From Chlamydiales bacterium (lineage in GTDB: Bacteria; Chlamydiota; Chlamydiia; Chlamydiales; SM23-39), in assembly GCA_965261025.1 (NCBI GenBank), contig OZ253438.1, positions 660,001-692,000 on the forward strand: a stretch of 32,000 bases of DNA, read 5' to 3'. Below are positions 7,202 to 16,060 of the stretch, one piece after another. The position numbers and the translations under genes are program-made. The notes beneath the pieces were generated by a model that saw nothing but the letters and a program-made list of their open reading frames with translations, searched no databases and had not been told where the DNA came from. Each line of letters begins with the position of its first letter. Position 1 is the first letter of the stretch.

Positions 7202-9118
7202 TTAACCTCTTTCATAAATAATAAAACGCAAAGGATCAAAAAGCCTTCCCCCTCCTTCAAAGCAGTAACGATACCACTCCAAAAAATTCAAACGAAGACC
7301 GTGAATGACTCCTCCCATAATTCCTAAAATAATATTGGTACCATGACCTATCATAATTGCCAAAATACCTAAATACCCCAACCTTTCCCCTATCTCATTA
7401 AAGGTAGCAGCCATGATTAGACTAGCTAAAGCCAAAGCATAAAGCCTTAAGTAAGAAAGAACATCTGCAAAAACTTGAATAACATTCATAATTTCTGCAA
7501 TTCCCTTTAAACGCTGTTGAATTACTGCTAAAACCACGGCAAGACCTATTCCGAAAAACAACAGGTAAAAACCCAAAGTCTCTGCTACCACTTTGGAAAT
7601 AAGCCCCAGAAAATGAAGAGAAGTAGTGGCGTTTATCACGTAGGGAAAAAACAAATACCCTCCTATCATAAATACAATCCAACCGAAGCCTGCTGCATTT
7701 TTTTTCGCATTTCTGAGAAAGGCAATAATCAAATGAACTACCCCAATGAAAAGGGAGATTTCCATCAGAATATTCCCCTCAAATTCCGTTAACATTTCAT
7801 ATTTTGTATTTCCTGCAGGGTCCCTGGAAGAGGCTATTTCTAAAGTCTTTTTAGGACTTTTTTCCTGTTTAAGAGCAGGGAATTTTTGAACCCATTTTTC
7901 GTATACATCATCTTTTTGTGTAAAATGATATTTCACCTTTTTTTCTACTAAAAACTGCAAAATAGAAATCTTTCGAAAAGGACTATTTAAAGAAAATTGC
8001 AATCCAAAAAAAGAACCCGTTAGCCCCCCCCAACCAATACAAAACAGAGAAAGGGTTAAAATTAGATTAGAAAACCTCTTTAAAAGCCCCTTCCGATGAG
8101 AATATTTCCACTTTAAAAAAAGCGCCAAAGCCAAATAGATAAAACCATATCCAGCATCGGATACAATCATAGCAAAGAAAAGCGAAAAAAACCAAAAAAC
8201 CCAGGAAGATGGATCTTTATCTTCTCTGGAAGGAGTATCGTAAATATCTACTAAATCCTCTCCTATCTTAGCCGTTTTCTGATTTTCCATATAGGTAGGG
8301 ATTTTATCTTTACTCTCTATCCGAATTACTTCATAGATGAGGGCAAAAGGCGCTAGGATCTCTTGTAAAAGAGCTTCTTTGCTGGAGGGAATCCAAGCCT
8401 GTGAAGCAAATAAGTGGGAAAGAGGACGCATCACATTTTCTTTAGCGCTTTTAAGATGAAATGTATTTAATTTTTCTATGAAACTCTCTCGTAAAATCTC
8501 TAAGTGGGCTGTTAGCTCTTTTAAAGTTTTTTCTTTTTCTTCTTGCTGTTTTTCTACTTCCTGTAATTCTTGTTTAAGCTCTCCTAAAGGCTTTTCTATG
8601 AAGATTTCTATCATCCCTGAATAGCTTTTTCTCTCTTTGTGAATTGCTATAAAATAGTCCAAGTCATATTCTGTCCCTACATACTGAAGAGAGGGAGAAA
8701 GGAGAGTCTCTTTTGTTTTTTCCCTTTTCATGGCAAAATATTGAAAAACTCTTTTCCCCTCTCTTTCTATGAATTCTTTATCCTCTAAAGAAAAATCTCC
8801 AAAGACGTGAATCCGAGAAATTTCCATAGAAAGTGCTCTTTTTCTTTCTAGCAAAACCTCTAGAGCCTCCTTTGCAGCTATGACTTCTTTTGCTAAAAAA
8901 AGGGGTTCTTTCAAGGAGCTTTTAGTCTGTGCTAAGATCACCTGTCTATTTTTTAAAATTCTTACTGCTTGAGAAAGTATCTGCAAAGAAGGATCTTCTA
9001 TTTTTTTCCGGGAAGATCCAATGAACTCTAAAATCCCTTTTTCCTGCGCTTTTTTGAAAAAAGCATCTAGACTTTTTTCCTCTCCCATAAGGAGAATTTT
9101 TTTCATTGTAACAATCAT
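7202..9118 (-). CDS. atpI: V-type ATP synthase subunit I (a-type stator/proton channel)
   Basis: The ORF is 638 aa. The N-terminal half is a soluble coiled coil and the C-terminal half is multi-TM. It has the conserved Arg motif SYLRLYALALAS. Its start overlaps the atpD stop by 4 nt. Confidence 0.9.
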   Translation of the reverse strand: MIVTMKKILLMGEEKSLDAFFKKAQEKGILEFIGSSRKKIEDPSLQILSQAVRILKNRQVILAQTKSSLKEPLFLAKEVIAAKEALEVLLERKRALSMEISRIHVFGDFSLEDKEFIEREGKRVFQYFAMKREKTKETLLSPSLQYVGTEYDLDYFIAIHKERKSYSGMIEIFIEKPLGELKQELQEVEKQQEEKEKTLKELTAHLEILRESFIEKLNTFHLKSAKENVMRPLSHLFASQAWIPSSKEALLQEILAPFALIYEVIRIESKDKIPTYMENQKTAKIGEDLVDIYDTPSREDKDPSSWVFWFFSLFFAMIVSDAGYGFIYLALALFLKWKYSHRKGLLKRFSNLILTLSLFCIGWGGLTGSFFGLQFSLNSPFRKISILQFLVEKKVKYHFTQKDDVYEKWVQKFPALKQEKSPKKTLEIASSRDPAGNTKYEMLTEFEGNILMEISLFIGVVHLIIAFLRNAKKNAAGFGWIVFMIGGYLFFPYVINATTSLHFLGLISKVVAETLGFYLLFFGIGLAVVLAVIQQRLKGIAEIMNVIQVFADVLSYLRLYALALASLIMAATFNEIGERLGYLGILAIMIGHGTNIILGIMGGVIHGLRLNFLEWYRYCFEGGGRLFDPLRFIIYERG

Positions 9119-9720
9119 TTTGTAGCTCGTTTTTTTTCTATTTTCTCTTTTGCTACCTTTGCTTGGGAAACTGCCATCAAAAACAGATCTCCCAAAAAAA
9201 TCCGAATCCTACTTATGTTTTCTCTCGATTTAGGAATCAATACCTTTTCAAATAAGTTCACCCTGATTGAAACCTCTCTGAGCTCTTTTGCTAAAGCCCT
9301 TAATTTTTCCTTCATGACTTCTATTTCTTCCCTTTGTTCCACCATGTTTCGTACTTTCCGTAAAGCACTATCAAACCAGATAGGGGTATCAAAGCAAAAA
9401 TACTCCTCCGAGGAAAATTCAATGGCCTTAAAAGAAGGTGTCTCCACTCCCGCTATATTCTCATACTCCTTTTCTACATGAACTACTTGGGCTTTTTCCG
9501 ATAAGTTGACCTCTACCTTTTCTCTAAAAAAACCAGAAAACTCCTTTACTTCTTCTCTTAGCTGCTTCTCTTTTTTCTCTTTTTCCAAAATCAGAGCCTC
9601 CACTTGTCCCACTTCCACCTGCAAAAGAGATTTCTTTAACTGCAAAGTAGGCAGATATCTCTGTAATTGAGATAATTTTTTTTCCTGAAGGCGGAGCTCG
9701 TTTTTTGTTAACTTTATCAA
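9115..9720 (-). CDS. atpD: V-type ATP synthase subunit D (central stalk)
   Basis: The ORF is 201 aa with long charged helices and the N-terminus (M)IKLTKNELRLQEKKLSQLQRYLPTLQLKK, typical of subunit D. The start codon is TTG at 9720, with no nearby ATG. Its position between B and I is the expected one. Confidence 0.85.
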   Translation of the reverse strand: MIKLTKNELRLQEKKLSQLQRYLPTLQLKKSLLQVEVGQVEALILEKEKKEKQLREEVKEFSGFFREKVEVNLSEKAQVVHVEKEYENIAGVETPSFKAIEFSSEEYFCFDTPIWFDSALRKVRNMVEQREEIEVMKEKLRALAKELREVSIRVNLFEKVLIPKSRENISRIRIFLGDLFLMAVSQAKVAKEKIEKKRATK

Positions 9721-9723
9721 GCT

Positions 9724-11037
9724 TTATTCCTCTTTAGGCCAATATTTTTCGACAATCTCTCTTTTCATACCGATTTCTTCTCTTGCAAAACACTCTGCTA
9801 AAGTGTTCCAGCAAGTATTCAATGCCTGCTCTAAGGGGATGTTTACAGAAAGACTCATCAATCTTTCCTCAAAAAGGAAAGAAAAACGAAGAAGTTTCTG
9901 GTCCCACTTAGAAAGACGAAATCCCATTGACTGCCTCTCTCTAGCTTTTTTGGAATCTGCGTACAAACGAATTGTGGTATTGGCTACCTCTCCATGATCT
10001 TCCCTAGTTACTTTACCAATTACCTGTTGTTTTAAACGAGATAAAGACCCAAAGGGGTCAATTCTTCCTCCATTTAGGTAAAATTGTCCTTCTGTAATAT
10101 ATCCTGTATTGTCAGGAACAGGATGAGTAATATCGCCTCCTGGCATGGTGGTAACTGCTAAAATAGTGATAGAGCCACTATTTTCAATATCTACTGCTTT
10201 TTCGTAACGAAAAGCCAAGTCAGAATATAAAGATCCTGGATATCCGCGATTGGAAGGAATCTGGTCCATAGTAATAGAAATTTCCTTCAAAGCATCTGCA
10301 TATGCTGTCATGTCTGTTAGAAGAACTAAAACGCTTTTTCCTCTTGTTGCAAAACTTTCTGCAACAGCTAGCGCCATATCGGGAACTAAAAGACACTCCA
10401 CTAAAGGGTCTGTTGCTTTATGAATAAACATCACAGTCTTTTCTAAAGAAGTAGACTTTTCTCCATTGTCAATAAAAGCTTGATAATCATCAAAGCGAAG
10501 TCCCATACCCCCAATAATTACTACATCTGCGTCCGTCTGGTTAGCAATCCTCATCAAAAGTTGATTATAAGGCTCTCCAGGAGCTGCAAAGATCGGTATT
10601 TTTTGAGATCTTACGAGACAGTTATACACATCTATCATAGGAATATTTGTCCTTACCATCTCTTTAGGAACAATCCTACAAATCGGATTGAAAGAAGGCC
10701 CTGCTATGGGAGTTTGTTTTCCTTCTATCAAAGGCCCCTGATCTATCGGTTCTCCTGAGCCATTCAGTCTTCTCCCTAAAAGATCCTCAGAAAAAAGTAC
10801 TTCCATCTCTTTACGAAGAAAAATAACCTTATCCCCTGTAGAAATGCCTCGAGTACTTTCAAAAACCTGAAGAGTTACTAGTTCGTTTTCAATACGAATG
10901 ACAGAGGCGTATGTATTCGTTTTGTTTTTCCTCTCAATCAGGGCAAGCTCTCCCAAGCAAACTTTTTCCGCTGCCACCGTGATTAAATTCCCTCTCATAT
11001 CTAAAATACGATCATATACCTTTCTCATAGAACCCAC
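9724..11037 (-). CDS. atpB: V-type ATP synthase subunit B (non-catalytic)
   Basis: The ORF is 437 aa and shows the A/B-family fold blocks (…[15 protein letters not shown]…, …[16 protein letters not shown]…[15 protein letters not shown]…). The track start at 11037 is GTG. The ATG at 11028 (MRKVYDRI…) is an equally plausible start. Confidence 0.92.
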   Translation of the reverse strand: MGSMRKVYDRILDMRGNLITVAAEKVCLGELALIERKNKTNTYASVIRIENELVTLQVFESTRGISTGDKVIFLRKEMEVLFSEDLLGRRLNGSGEPIDQGPLIEGKQTPIAGPSFNPICRIVPKEMVRTNIPMIDVYNCLVRSQKIPIFAAPGEPYNQLLMRIANQTDADVVIIGGMGLRFDDYQAFIDNGEKSTSLEKTVMFIHKATDPLVECLLVPDMALAVAESFATRGKSVLVLLTDMTAYADALKEISITMDQIPSNRGYPGSLYSDLAFRYEKAVDIENSGSITILAVTTMPGGDITHPVPDNTGYITEGQFYLNGGRIDPFGSLSRLKQQVIGKVTREDHGEVANTTIRLYADSKKARERQSMGFRLSKWDQKLLRFSFLFEERLMSLSVNIPLEQALNTCWNTLAECFAREEIGMKREIVEKYWPKEE

Positions 11038-11042
11038 TTTTT

Positions 11043-12797
11043 CTAAGCGTTAATCTGAGTTTGAATAGCCCGCAAGATTTTCTTATACTCTTCTGAAAGA
11101 AAGGGGATAAAATTCATATTTTTCAATTGATTTTGCAAGGTTAAAAAATAGCCCCTTGCCTGATCATGAGAATCAAAATGAAACTCTTTATCAAAGATCT
11201 TTGTCAGAAGAGAAAAGCTAGCTATCTGTCTTTTTAAGGGAGCATAAGCATCTTCCTTGTCGAATGCATTCTGCTGCAAATAGGTTTGCTCATAAAGCTC
11301 TGCCTTCAAATAAATCACTAAATCCTCCAAAGCAGTCCCTTCTTCTCCTACTACTTCCATTCTTTTACCAATCTCATCCCCTTCTCTTAAAATATGATAG
11401 GCAAGATCCACCTTCTCTTCCCAGCCTACAAGCTGCTGCTCCATAAATTTCCCTACTTGACTCGTATATTTTGACCAAGAAATCAAAGGATCAATAGCAG
11501 GGTATCTTCTTGCATCAGAACGGGCCCGGGAAAGCCCATGAAAAGCCCCTACTACGGATAAGGTAGCTTGGGTAACGGGTTCTTCAAAATTCCCCCCTGC
11601 AGGAGAAACAGAGCCGCCTATAGTCAAACTCCCCTTCATTCCCCCAGATACTTCTAGCACTCCCGCCCTTTCATAAAAAGAGGCAATCCTAGAAGCAAGA
11701 TAGGCAGGAAAAGCCTCCTCTCCAGGAATTTCTTCCAGCCTCCCGGACATCTCTCTCATAGCCTGAGCCCATCTAGAAGTAGAGTCTGCAAGAAGCAGTA
11801 CATCAAGCCCCATCTGTCTATAATACTCTGCAATGGTAACTCCCATATAAACAGAAGCCTCTCTTGCTGCAACGGGCATAGAAGAGGTATTCCCAATAAT
11901 TACTGTACGGTTCATAAGAGGCTCTGAAGTTTTAGAGTCCACAATATGAGGAAAAGTACGCAAAACCTCTACTACCTCTCCAGCCCTTTCTCCGCAGGCT
12001 ACCACTACTACAATGTCTACAGAAGAGTACTTTGAAAGATGATGCTGCAATACCGTCTTTCCTGCTCCAAAAGGCCCCGGAGAACAAAAAGTCCCCCCTT
12101 TTAAAACAGGAAACTGTGTATCTAAAATACGAAGTCCTGTATCCATCATTTCAACAGGCTTGGTTTTTCTCCCTTCCTGTAAGGGGATTTTTACAGGCCA
12201 CCTTTGCATCATGGTAAAAGTGATTTCTTGCCCTTCTGAATCTTTTGCCTTAGCAATAGGCTCCTCTACGCAATACTCCCCTTCGTCTGCCATCCAAAAA
12301 ATTTCATATTTTCCATAAAAGGCAAAAGGAACCATGATCTTATGCTCAAATCGAGTCTCCAATACCTTCCCTAAAATCTCTCCTCTACTTAATCTATCTC
12401 CCTTCTCAGCAAGAGGGGTAAATTTCCATTTTTTTTCCCGATCTAGGGCAGGAAAATAGTGCCCTCTTTGCAAAAAAAGTCCTGTTTTCTGACTAATTTT
12501 CTCTAAAGGATTTTGAAGTCCATCGTAGATCGAAGTAAGAAGACCTGGGCCTAGTTCTGCCTCTAAAAGATGAGAGCAAAAATGAACCTCCATACCAAGT
12601 TCAACTCCCTTTGTATCCTCAAAGACCTGAACTTTTGCTTCTTGCCCTACAATCTCAATAACCTCTGCCATCAGAGCCAGATCTGCTAAAAGGATGGTAC
12701 AAACTTCCCCTTGGTAAATGTTTCCTTCAAATAATACCTGTAAAAGATTACCAAAAGCTTTTACTACCTTCCCCTTTGCGTGCGTATGCTTTTTCAT
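11043..12797 (-). CDS. atpA: V-type ATP synthase subunit A (catalytic)
   Basis: The ORF is 584 aa. It has the Walker A motif GPFGAGKTV and the blocks [22 protein letters not shown] and [16 protein letters not shown]. Confidence 0.95.
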   Translation of the reverse strand: MKKHTHAKGKVVKAFGNLLQVLFEGNIYQGEVCTILLADLALMAEVIEIVGQEAKVQVFEDTKGVELGMEVHFCSHLLEAELGPGLLTSIYDGLQNPLEKISQKTGLFLQRGHYFPALDREKKWKFTPLAEKGDRLSRGEILGKVLETRFEHKIMVPFAFYGKYEIFWMADEGEYCVEEPIAKAKDSEGQEITFTMMQRWPVKIPLQEGRKTKPVEMMDTGLRILDTQFPVLKGGTFCSPGPFGAGKTVLQHHLSKYSSVDIVVVVACGERAGEVVEVLRTFPHIVDSKTSEPLMNRTVIIGNTSSMPVAAREASVYMGVTIAEYYRQMGLDVLLLADSTSRWAQAMREMSGRLEEIPGEEAFPAYLASRIASFYERAGVLEVSGGMKGSLTIGGSVSPAGGNFEEPVTQATLSVVGAFHGLSRARSDARRYPAIDPLISWSKYTSQVGKFMEQQLVGWEEKVDLAYHILREGDEIGKRMEVVGEEGTALEDLVIYLKAELYEQTYLQQNAFDKEDAYAPLKRQIASFSLLTKIFDKEFHFDSHDQARGYFLTLQNQLKNMNFIPFLSEEYKKILRAIQTQINA

Positions 12798-13546
12798 ATT
12801 CTGTCTACTTCTTCCTCTTGTGGCTGCTTTAAAAATTGATACTGCTCTACTAAAAGTAGTTTAGCCAAAAAAGCTAATACTCTCGGCAAAGAAAATACAT
12901 CCTTCTCTTCCATCTCCTCAATTAGGCGAAATCGATACTGTAAATACGCTTTTAACAGTGCCTTTGGTATCTGGTACTGGCTGAGGAAAATTTGCTTTAA
13001 TGGCTCATATTCATCAGGAGGTTCATAGTCCTCCCTATCTTTCTGCGCTAGGATATAGGAAACATCAAGATCTTGAGGATCTTCAAATTGCATCTGTTGT
13101 ATGATATCTCCTCCTTCCTTTTTTACCTTAAGAGCTGCCAAGTGAAGACGGATTTTTCTCTCCTGCGAAAAATACTCTTGAGAAAACCCTTCCTTAAAAG
13201 AGCAAAAAAACTGAGCATACAAGAAAGGGAAATATCGAATTCTTTCTTCTTTTGTTTCATACCGATCCAAAAAGTCATATACGTAGAGAGGAAGGGAGTC
13301 AGGGACCAATAAAGCCTCCTCTAATTCTTTCTCCTGAAAGTTGGCTCTTGCATCGAGAGGAAATCCCAGCCAAAAAGCCTTAATATTTTTTAAATCCAGA
13401 TAAAATAAAAAATCCCTTACCTCTTTCTTATCTTTCCTAGAAAGATTTTCCTCAAAGGCTACCTTCAGCTGCTCTACGTTCAATGCCGGCTCCTCTCCTA
13501 TTTTCAGAAGGGGAAAAGAGTTAATAAGATAATAATAATGGGTCAC
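12794..13546 (-). CDS. V-ATPase operon protein of unknown role (DUF2764-like)
   Basis: The ORF is 250 aa. A GTG start at 13546 directly abuts the atpE stop (TAAGTG), and its stop overlaps the atpA start (ATGA). The N-terminus THYYYLINSFPLL matches my memory of the YYYL..SLP.L opening of DUF2764 proteins. Those occupy this slot in chlamydial and Bacteroidetes V-ATPase operons. Confidence 0.7.
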   Translation of the reverse strand: MTHYYYLINSFPLLKIGEEPALNVEQLKVAFEENLSRKDKKEVRDFLFYLDLKNIKAFWLGFPLDARANFQEKELEEALLVPDSLPLYVYDFLDRYETKEERIRYFPFLYAQFFCSFKEGFSQEYFSQERKIRLHLAALKVKKEGGDIIQQMQFEDPQDLDVSYILAQKDREDYEPPDEYEPLKQIFLSQYQIPKALLKAYLQYRFRLIEEMEEKDVFSLPRVLAFLAKLLLVEQYQFLKQPQEEEVDRI

Positions 13547-14149
13547 TTAGCCGTTCTTTGAGTTAAAAATAAATTCTTTAAAATCAGAACGCATATACCG
13601 ACTCAACAGATCAAAGAGAGCCTCCTCGCTCATATCGAGAGTAACTCTTTTTTTCTCTAGCTTCAGCTGAACGCCTCCCTTTGTTCCCTCTATAAAAATC
13701 ATTTTCTCTTCCCATTTAGCCAGACCCTTGCGAGCCATTTCTCTTAATAAAAGCTCTTTCTCCTTTTCAGGAAGAACTAAAGAAAAATCCTCTCCTCCTT
13801 CTTCTCTCTGAGCTATTTTCAAAAGAGCCTCAATACAGGAAACTAAAACTTCTTTGGTCCCTACCACTTTTTCTATTTCTTCTCTAAGATTTTCTCGAAA
13901 AAGTTTTTCTTCTAAGGTCTGCCTTAGCTCTGCTAAAGCTTGCTTTGCAGCTAAAGATAAAGAAGCTCGAAAAGCCTTTTCCTTTTGTGCTCTCTTTTGC
14001 TCTTGCTCTTTGTTAAGCTCTTCTATTCTTTGCTTAGCTGTTTCTACAATCTTCTCTGCTTCTGTTTGGGCATTTTCCACAATCTCTAAAGCCTCCTGCT
14101 TAGCAGGCTCTATTGTCTCCCTCCTCAAAAGATGACAAATCTCTTGCAT
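13547..14149 (-). CDS. atpE: V-type ATP synthase subunit E (peripheral stalk)
   Basis: The protein is a long charged helix (…EAEKIVETAKQRIEELNKEQEQKRAQKEKAF…) followed by a C-terminal globular part. It is the first gene of the operon. I prefer the ATG at 14149, preceded by AAGGGAAGAG, over the track's TTG at 14170. Confidence 0.8.
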   Translation of the reverse strand: MQEICHLLRRETIEPAKQEALEIVENAQTEAEKIVETAKQRIEELNKEQEQKRAQKEKAFRASLSLAAKQALAELRQTLEEKLFRENLREEIEKVVGTKEVLVSCIEALLKIAQREEGGEDFSLVLPEKEKELLLREMARKGLAKWEEKMIFIEGTKGGVQLKLEKKRVTLDMSEEALFDLLSRYMRSDFKEFIFNSKNG

Positions 14150-14464
14150 CTTTTCTCTTCCCTTTTCCAAGATAACCTTCCTTTAGTAGCTAAAGATGCT
14201 CCAAGCTTACACAAATGAAGAATTTGAGGGGAGCCTTTATTTGGCAGATGAAATTTATCCCAAATCTATCCCAAAAAAGCTCTCTGTAACTAGAAAGAGA
14301 AAAAAAACTTTAACAAACTTACTTTCAAAACATTACTATCAAAAACCCCAAAGTCCTCTAAAAAAAAAATAGAAAAATAAGTCTCGGTTGTGTTTCTTTT
14401 TAGGTAGAGGAATATGAAGTAAAACCTCGAGTTTGTTTTTAATTTTAAATGGGAGAAAATAAAA

Positions 14465-14671
14465 ATGAAAAAACTAGCCATTGCTTTGACTGCTTTATTG
14501 CTAACTTTCTCTTCTGGAGCACATGCTCAAGGAAGAGCTAGTCAAGACGGCATGTCAGGCTCTTCTGATGCTGCCCGAATCACCGTCGGTGTTCTTAGCG
14601 GTGCAGCTCTTATAACTGTAGTGGGTATCGTAGCAGCTAGCGCTTCAAGCAGCGTCTCTTCTCACGCTTAA
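14465..14671 (+). CDS. Small exported membrane protein, family member 1 (signal peptide, C-terminal TM, Ser/His tail)
   Basis: The ORF is 68 aa and GGGAGA lies 8 nt upstream of the ATG. The signal peptide is MKKLAIALTALLLTFSSGAHA|QG. The C-terminal hydrophobic helix is ITVGVLSGAALITVVGIVAASA and the tail is SSSVSSHA. It has its own terminator. Confidence 0.6.
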   Translation: MKKLAIALTALLLTFSSGAHAQGRASQDGMSGSSDAARITVGVLSGAALITVVGIVAASASSSVSSHA

Positions 14672-14680
14672 GACTCTTTT

Positions 14681-14717
14681 AAAAGGCCCCACTTTTCAAG
14701 GGGCCTTTTCATTTTTC
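14681..14717 (+). terminator. Rho-independent terminator after small gene 1
   Basis: The stem pairs AAAAGGCCCC (14681-14690) with GGGGCCTTTT (14700-14709) around a 9-nt loop. It is followed by CATTTTT. Confidence 0.75.
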
Positions 14718-14782
14718 TATTTTGGAAAAATTTCTTTTTTGCTAAAAGTGATGCTTATTGTGTTGGGTGAGAAGAAGCTTTC

Positions 14783-15061
14783 ATGTTTTTTCCTAAGAGG
14801 ATCTTTTCCTATTTGCTTATCTTTTCGCTTACCTTGTCCTCTTTGGTCTCTTTAGAACCAGAAGAAGAAGGTCCACCTCTTACTAATATAGCTTATGCCC
14901 CTAAGCCTGATTATTCGGCTCCCGCAAAAGGCTTAGATAGTTCCTTAGCTGTTTCGATGATGCTTTGGGGAGTTGGTCTTGCAATAGGAATAGCTGTTTT
15001 ATCGGTTCTTGTGGAAAGTTCTTCAGAAGATGTAACCCCAGCCCATAGCCATGTTCATTAG
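14783..15061 (+). CDS. Small exported membrane protein, family member 2
   Basis: The ORF is 92 aa. It has an N-terminal signal-like segment (MFFPKRIFSYLLIFSLTLSSLVS) and a Pro-rich linker. The C-terminal helix is LAVSMMLWGVGLAIGIAVLSVLV and the tail is ESSSEDVTPAHSHVH. Confidence 0.55.
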   Translation: MFFPKRIFSYLLIFSLTLSSLVSLEPEEEGPPLTNIAYAPKPDYSAPAKGLDSSLAVSMMLWGVGLAIGIAVLSVLVESSSEDVTPAHSHVH

Positions 15062-15713
15062 GGGTCTGTTTTTTTTCTTCTCCTATTGCCTCTGTTCTGC
15101 TCATGCTCTCTGTTATTTCCATCCTCCCGAAAACTGGAACTGTTATCCTGCTAAGGCCGTAACAGGATGCTTAGAAATTGGATTTTTTAAACAAAGCACC
15201 TCGGGATTGGTTTATTCTGTAAATCTAGCCAAGGAACAAGTGACAGGTAATTTACAAGGATATGTAAAAGCAGTAAAAGAAGAACAAAAAAAAGATCGAG
15301 GAAAAACTTGGAGGGATTTAGGTAACTTTCAGACAAAAGCAGGGCTAGCAAGGCTTACCGAAATTACTCGAAAAACTCCTTGGGGAAAAGAAAAACTATG
15401 GCAGCTCCTTTTTGTAAAAGAAGGGATGGCTTACGTACTTACAGCATCTTCTCCAGAAAAAGACTTTTCTGCTCTTCGTTCTACTTTTGTAAAGGTCTTT
15501 CGCTCTTTGACCTATACAGAAGATTTAATAGGGGAGATTCAAGAGAAGGAAAAAAGGTTGGAATTAGAAGCTTTTCTTAGCTCTTTCCAAGACTCTTCTA
15601 ACCGTAAAAAAATATTGCCCGAGCTTGAGAAAATGCTTGCCCAAAAATGCCCTGAAATGGGGAAACATTGGCAGTTTTTACTCTTAAAAAAGTATTATCC
15701 AAAGAACCCCTAA
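15051..15713 (+). CDS. Hypothetical secreted protein
   Basis: The ORF is 220 aa and its ATG overlaps the end of the preceding gene by 11 nt. The signal peptide is MFIRGLFFFFSYCLCSAHA|L. The mature part is soluble and Lys/Glu-rich, and I recognise no family. It occupies the slot held by hypothetical genes between atpE and tal in Chlamydia, from memory. Confidence 0.6.
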   Translation: MFIRGLFFFFSYCLCSAHALCYFHPPENWNCYPAKAVTGCLEIGFFKQSTSGLVYSVNLAKEQVTGNLQGYVKAVKEEQKKDRGKTWRDLGNFQTKAGLARLTEITRKTPWGKEKLWQLLFVKEGMAYVLTASSPEKDFSALRSTFVKVFRSLTYTEDLIGEIQEKEKRLELEAFLSSFQDSSNRKKILPELEKMLAQKCPEMGKHWQFLLLKKYYPKNP

Positions 15714-15721
15714 GGAGTTTC

Positions 15722-16000
15722 ATGCGTAGTAGCTTCCTCATTTTTCTTCTTTTCTTTTCTTTTTTATCCAGGGGATACCCTGAGGAAACTTCTATGAAAA
15801 ATGAAGTAAAAGCTTCTAAAGAGGCTTCCTCTATCAATACAGAAAAGCCTGCTATTTCAGCCCCTCAACAAGGTTCCCAAACTATAAAGAAAAACTGGAC
15901 TACCCCAATCTATACTTCCATAGCAGCTCTTTTAGCAGCCGTGGGAATTACCTTAACCGCTATTAATCCAGGGGAGACTCCTGGTGCTTCTCATAGCTAA
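15722..16000 (+). CDS. Small exported membrane protein, family member 3
   Basis: I prefer the ATG at 15722, with TAAGGAG 5 nt upstream, over the track start at 15668. This gives 92 aa. The signal-like N-terminus is MRSSFLIFLLFFSFLSRG, the C-terminal helix is IYTSIAALLAAVGITLTAI, and the tail is NPGETPGASHS. Confidence 0.55.
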   Translation: MRSSFLIFLLFFSFLSRGYPEETSMKNEVKASKEASSINTEKPAISAPQQGSQTIKKNWTTPIYTSIAALLAAVGITLTAINPGETPGASHS

Positions 16001-16060
16001 TTTTTCCTTTTGTTGCAGAGAAAACATTTTCTTTTTACACTAGAGGAAAGGAGTGGATCT

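Noticed and set aside
5951-7682. Track ORFs overlapping real genes in other frames: 5951..6169, 6625..6936, 7076..7327 and 7422..7682. Others of the same kind are 2789..3004, 4897..5130, 9215..9481, 13073..13312 and 13854..14135.
   Set aside because: Each is nested in or antisense to a confidently assigned gene, and none has an independent signal.
14290-14481. A 63-aa minus-strand ORF in the atpE / small-gene divergent intergenic region.
   Set aside because: Its translation is low-complexity Phe/Lys/Leu from A/T runs. It overlaps the ribosome-binding site and start of the plus-strand gene, and nothing supports it as coding.
16010-16060. N-terminal extensions in the ORF track that start at TTG or GTG: tal from 16010, rpoB from 25624, nusG from 28420, secE from 28644, atpE from 14170, sufE from 30541 and small gene 3 from 15668.
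   Set aside because: For tal, rpoB and small gene 3, a downstream ATG with a clear Shine-Dalgarno-like sequence gives the expected N-terminus. For nusG, secE, atpE and sufE the case rests on the family-typical N-terminus or position, with weak or no SD. The extensions are most likely artefacts of taking the longest ORF.
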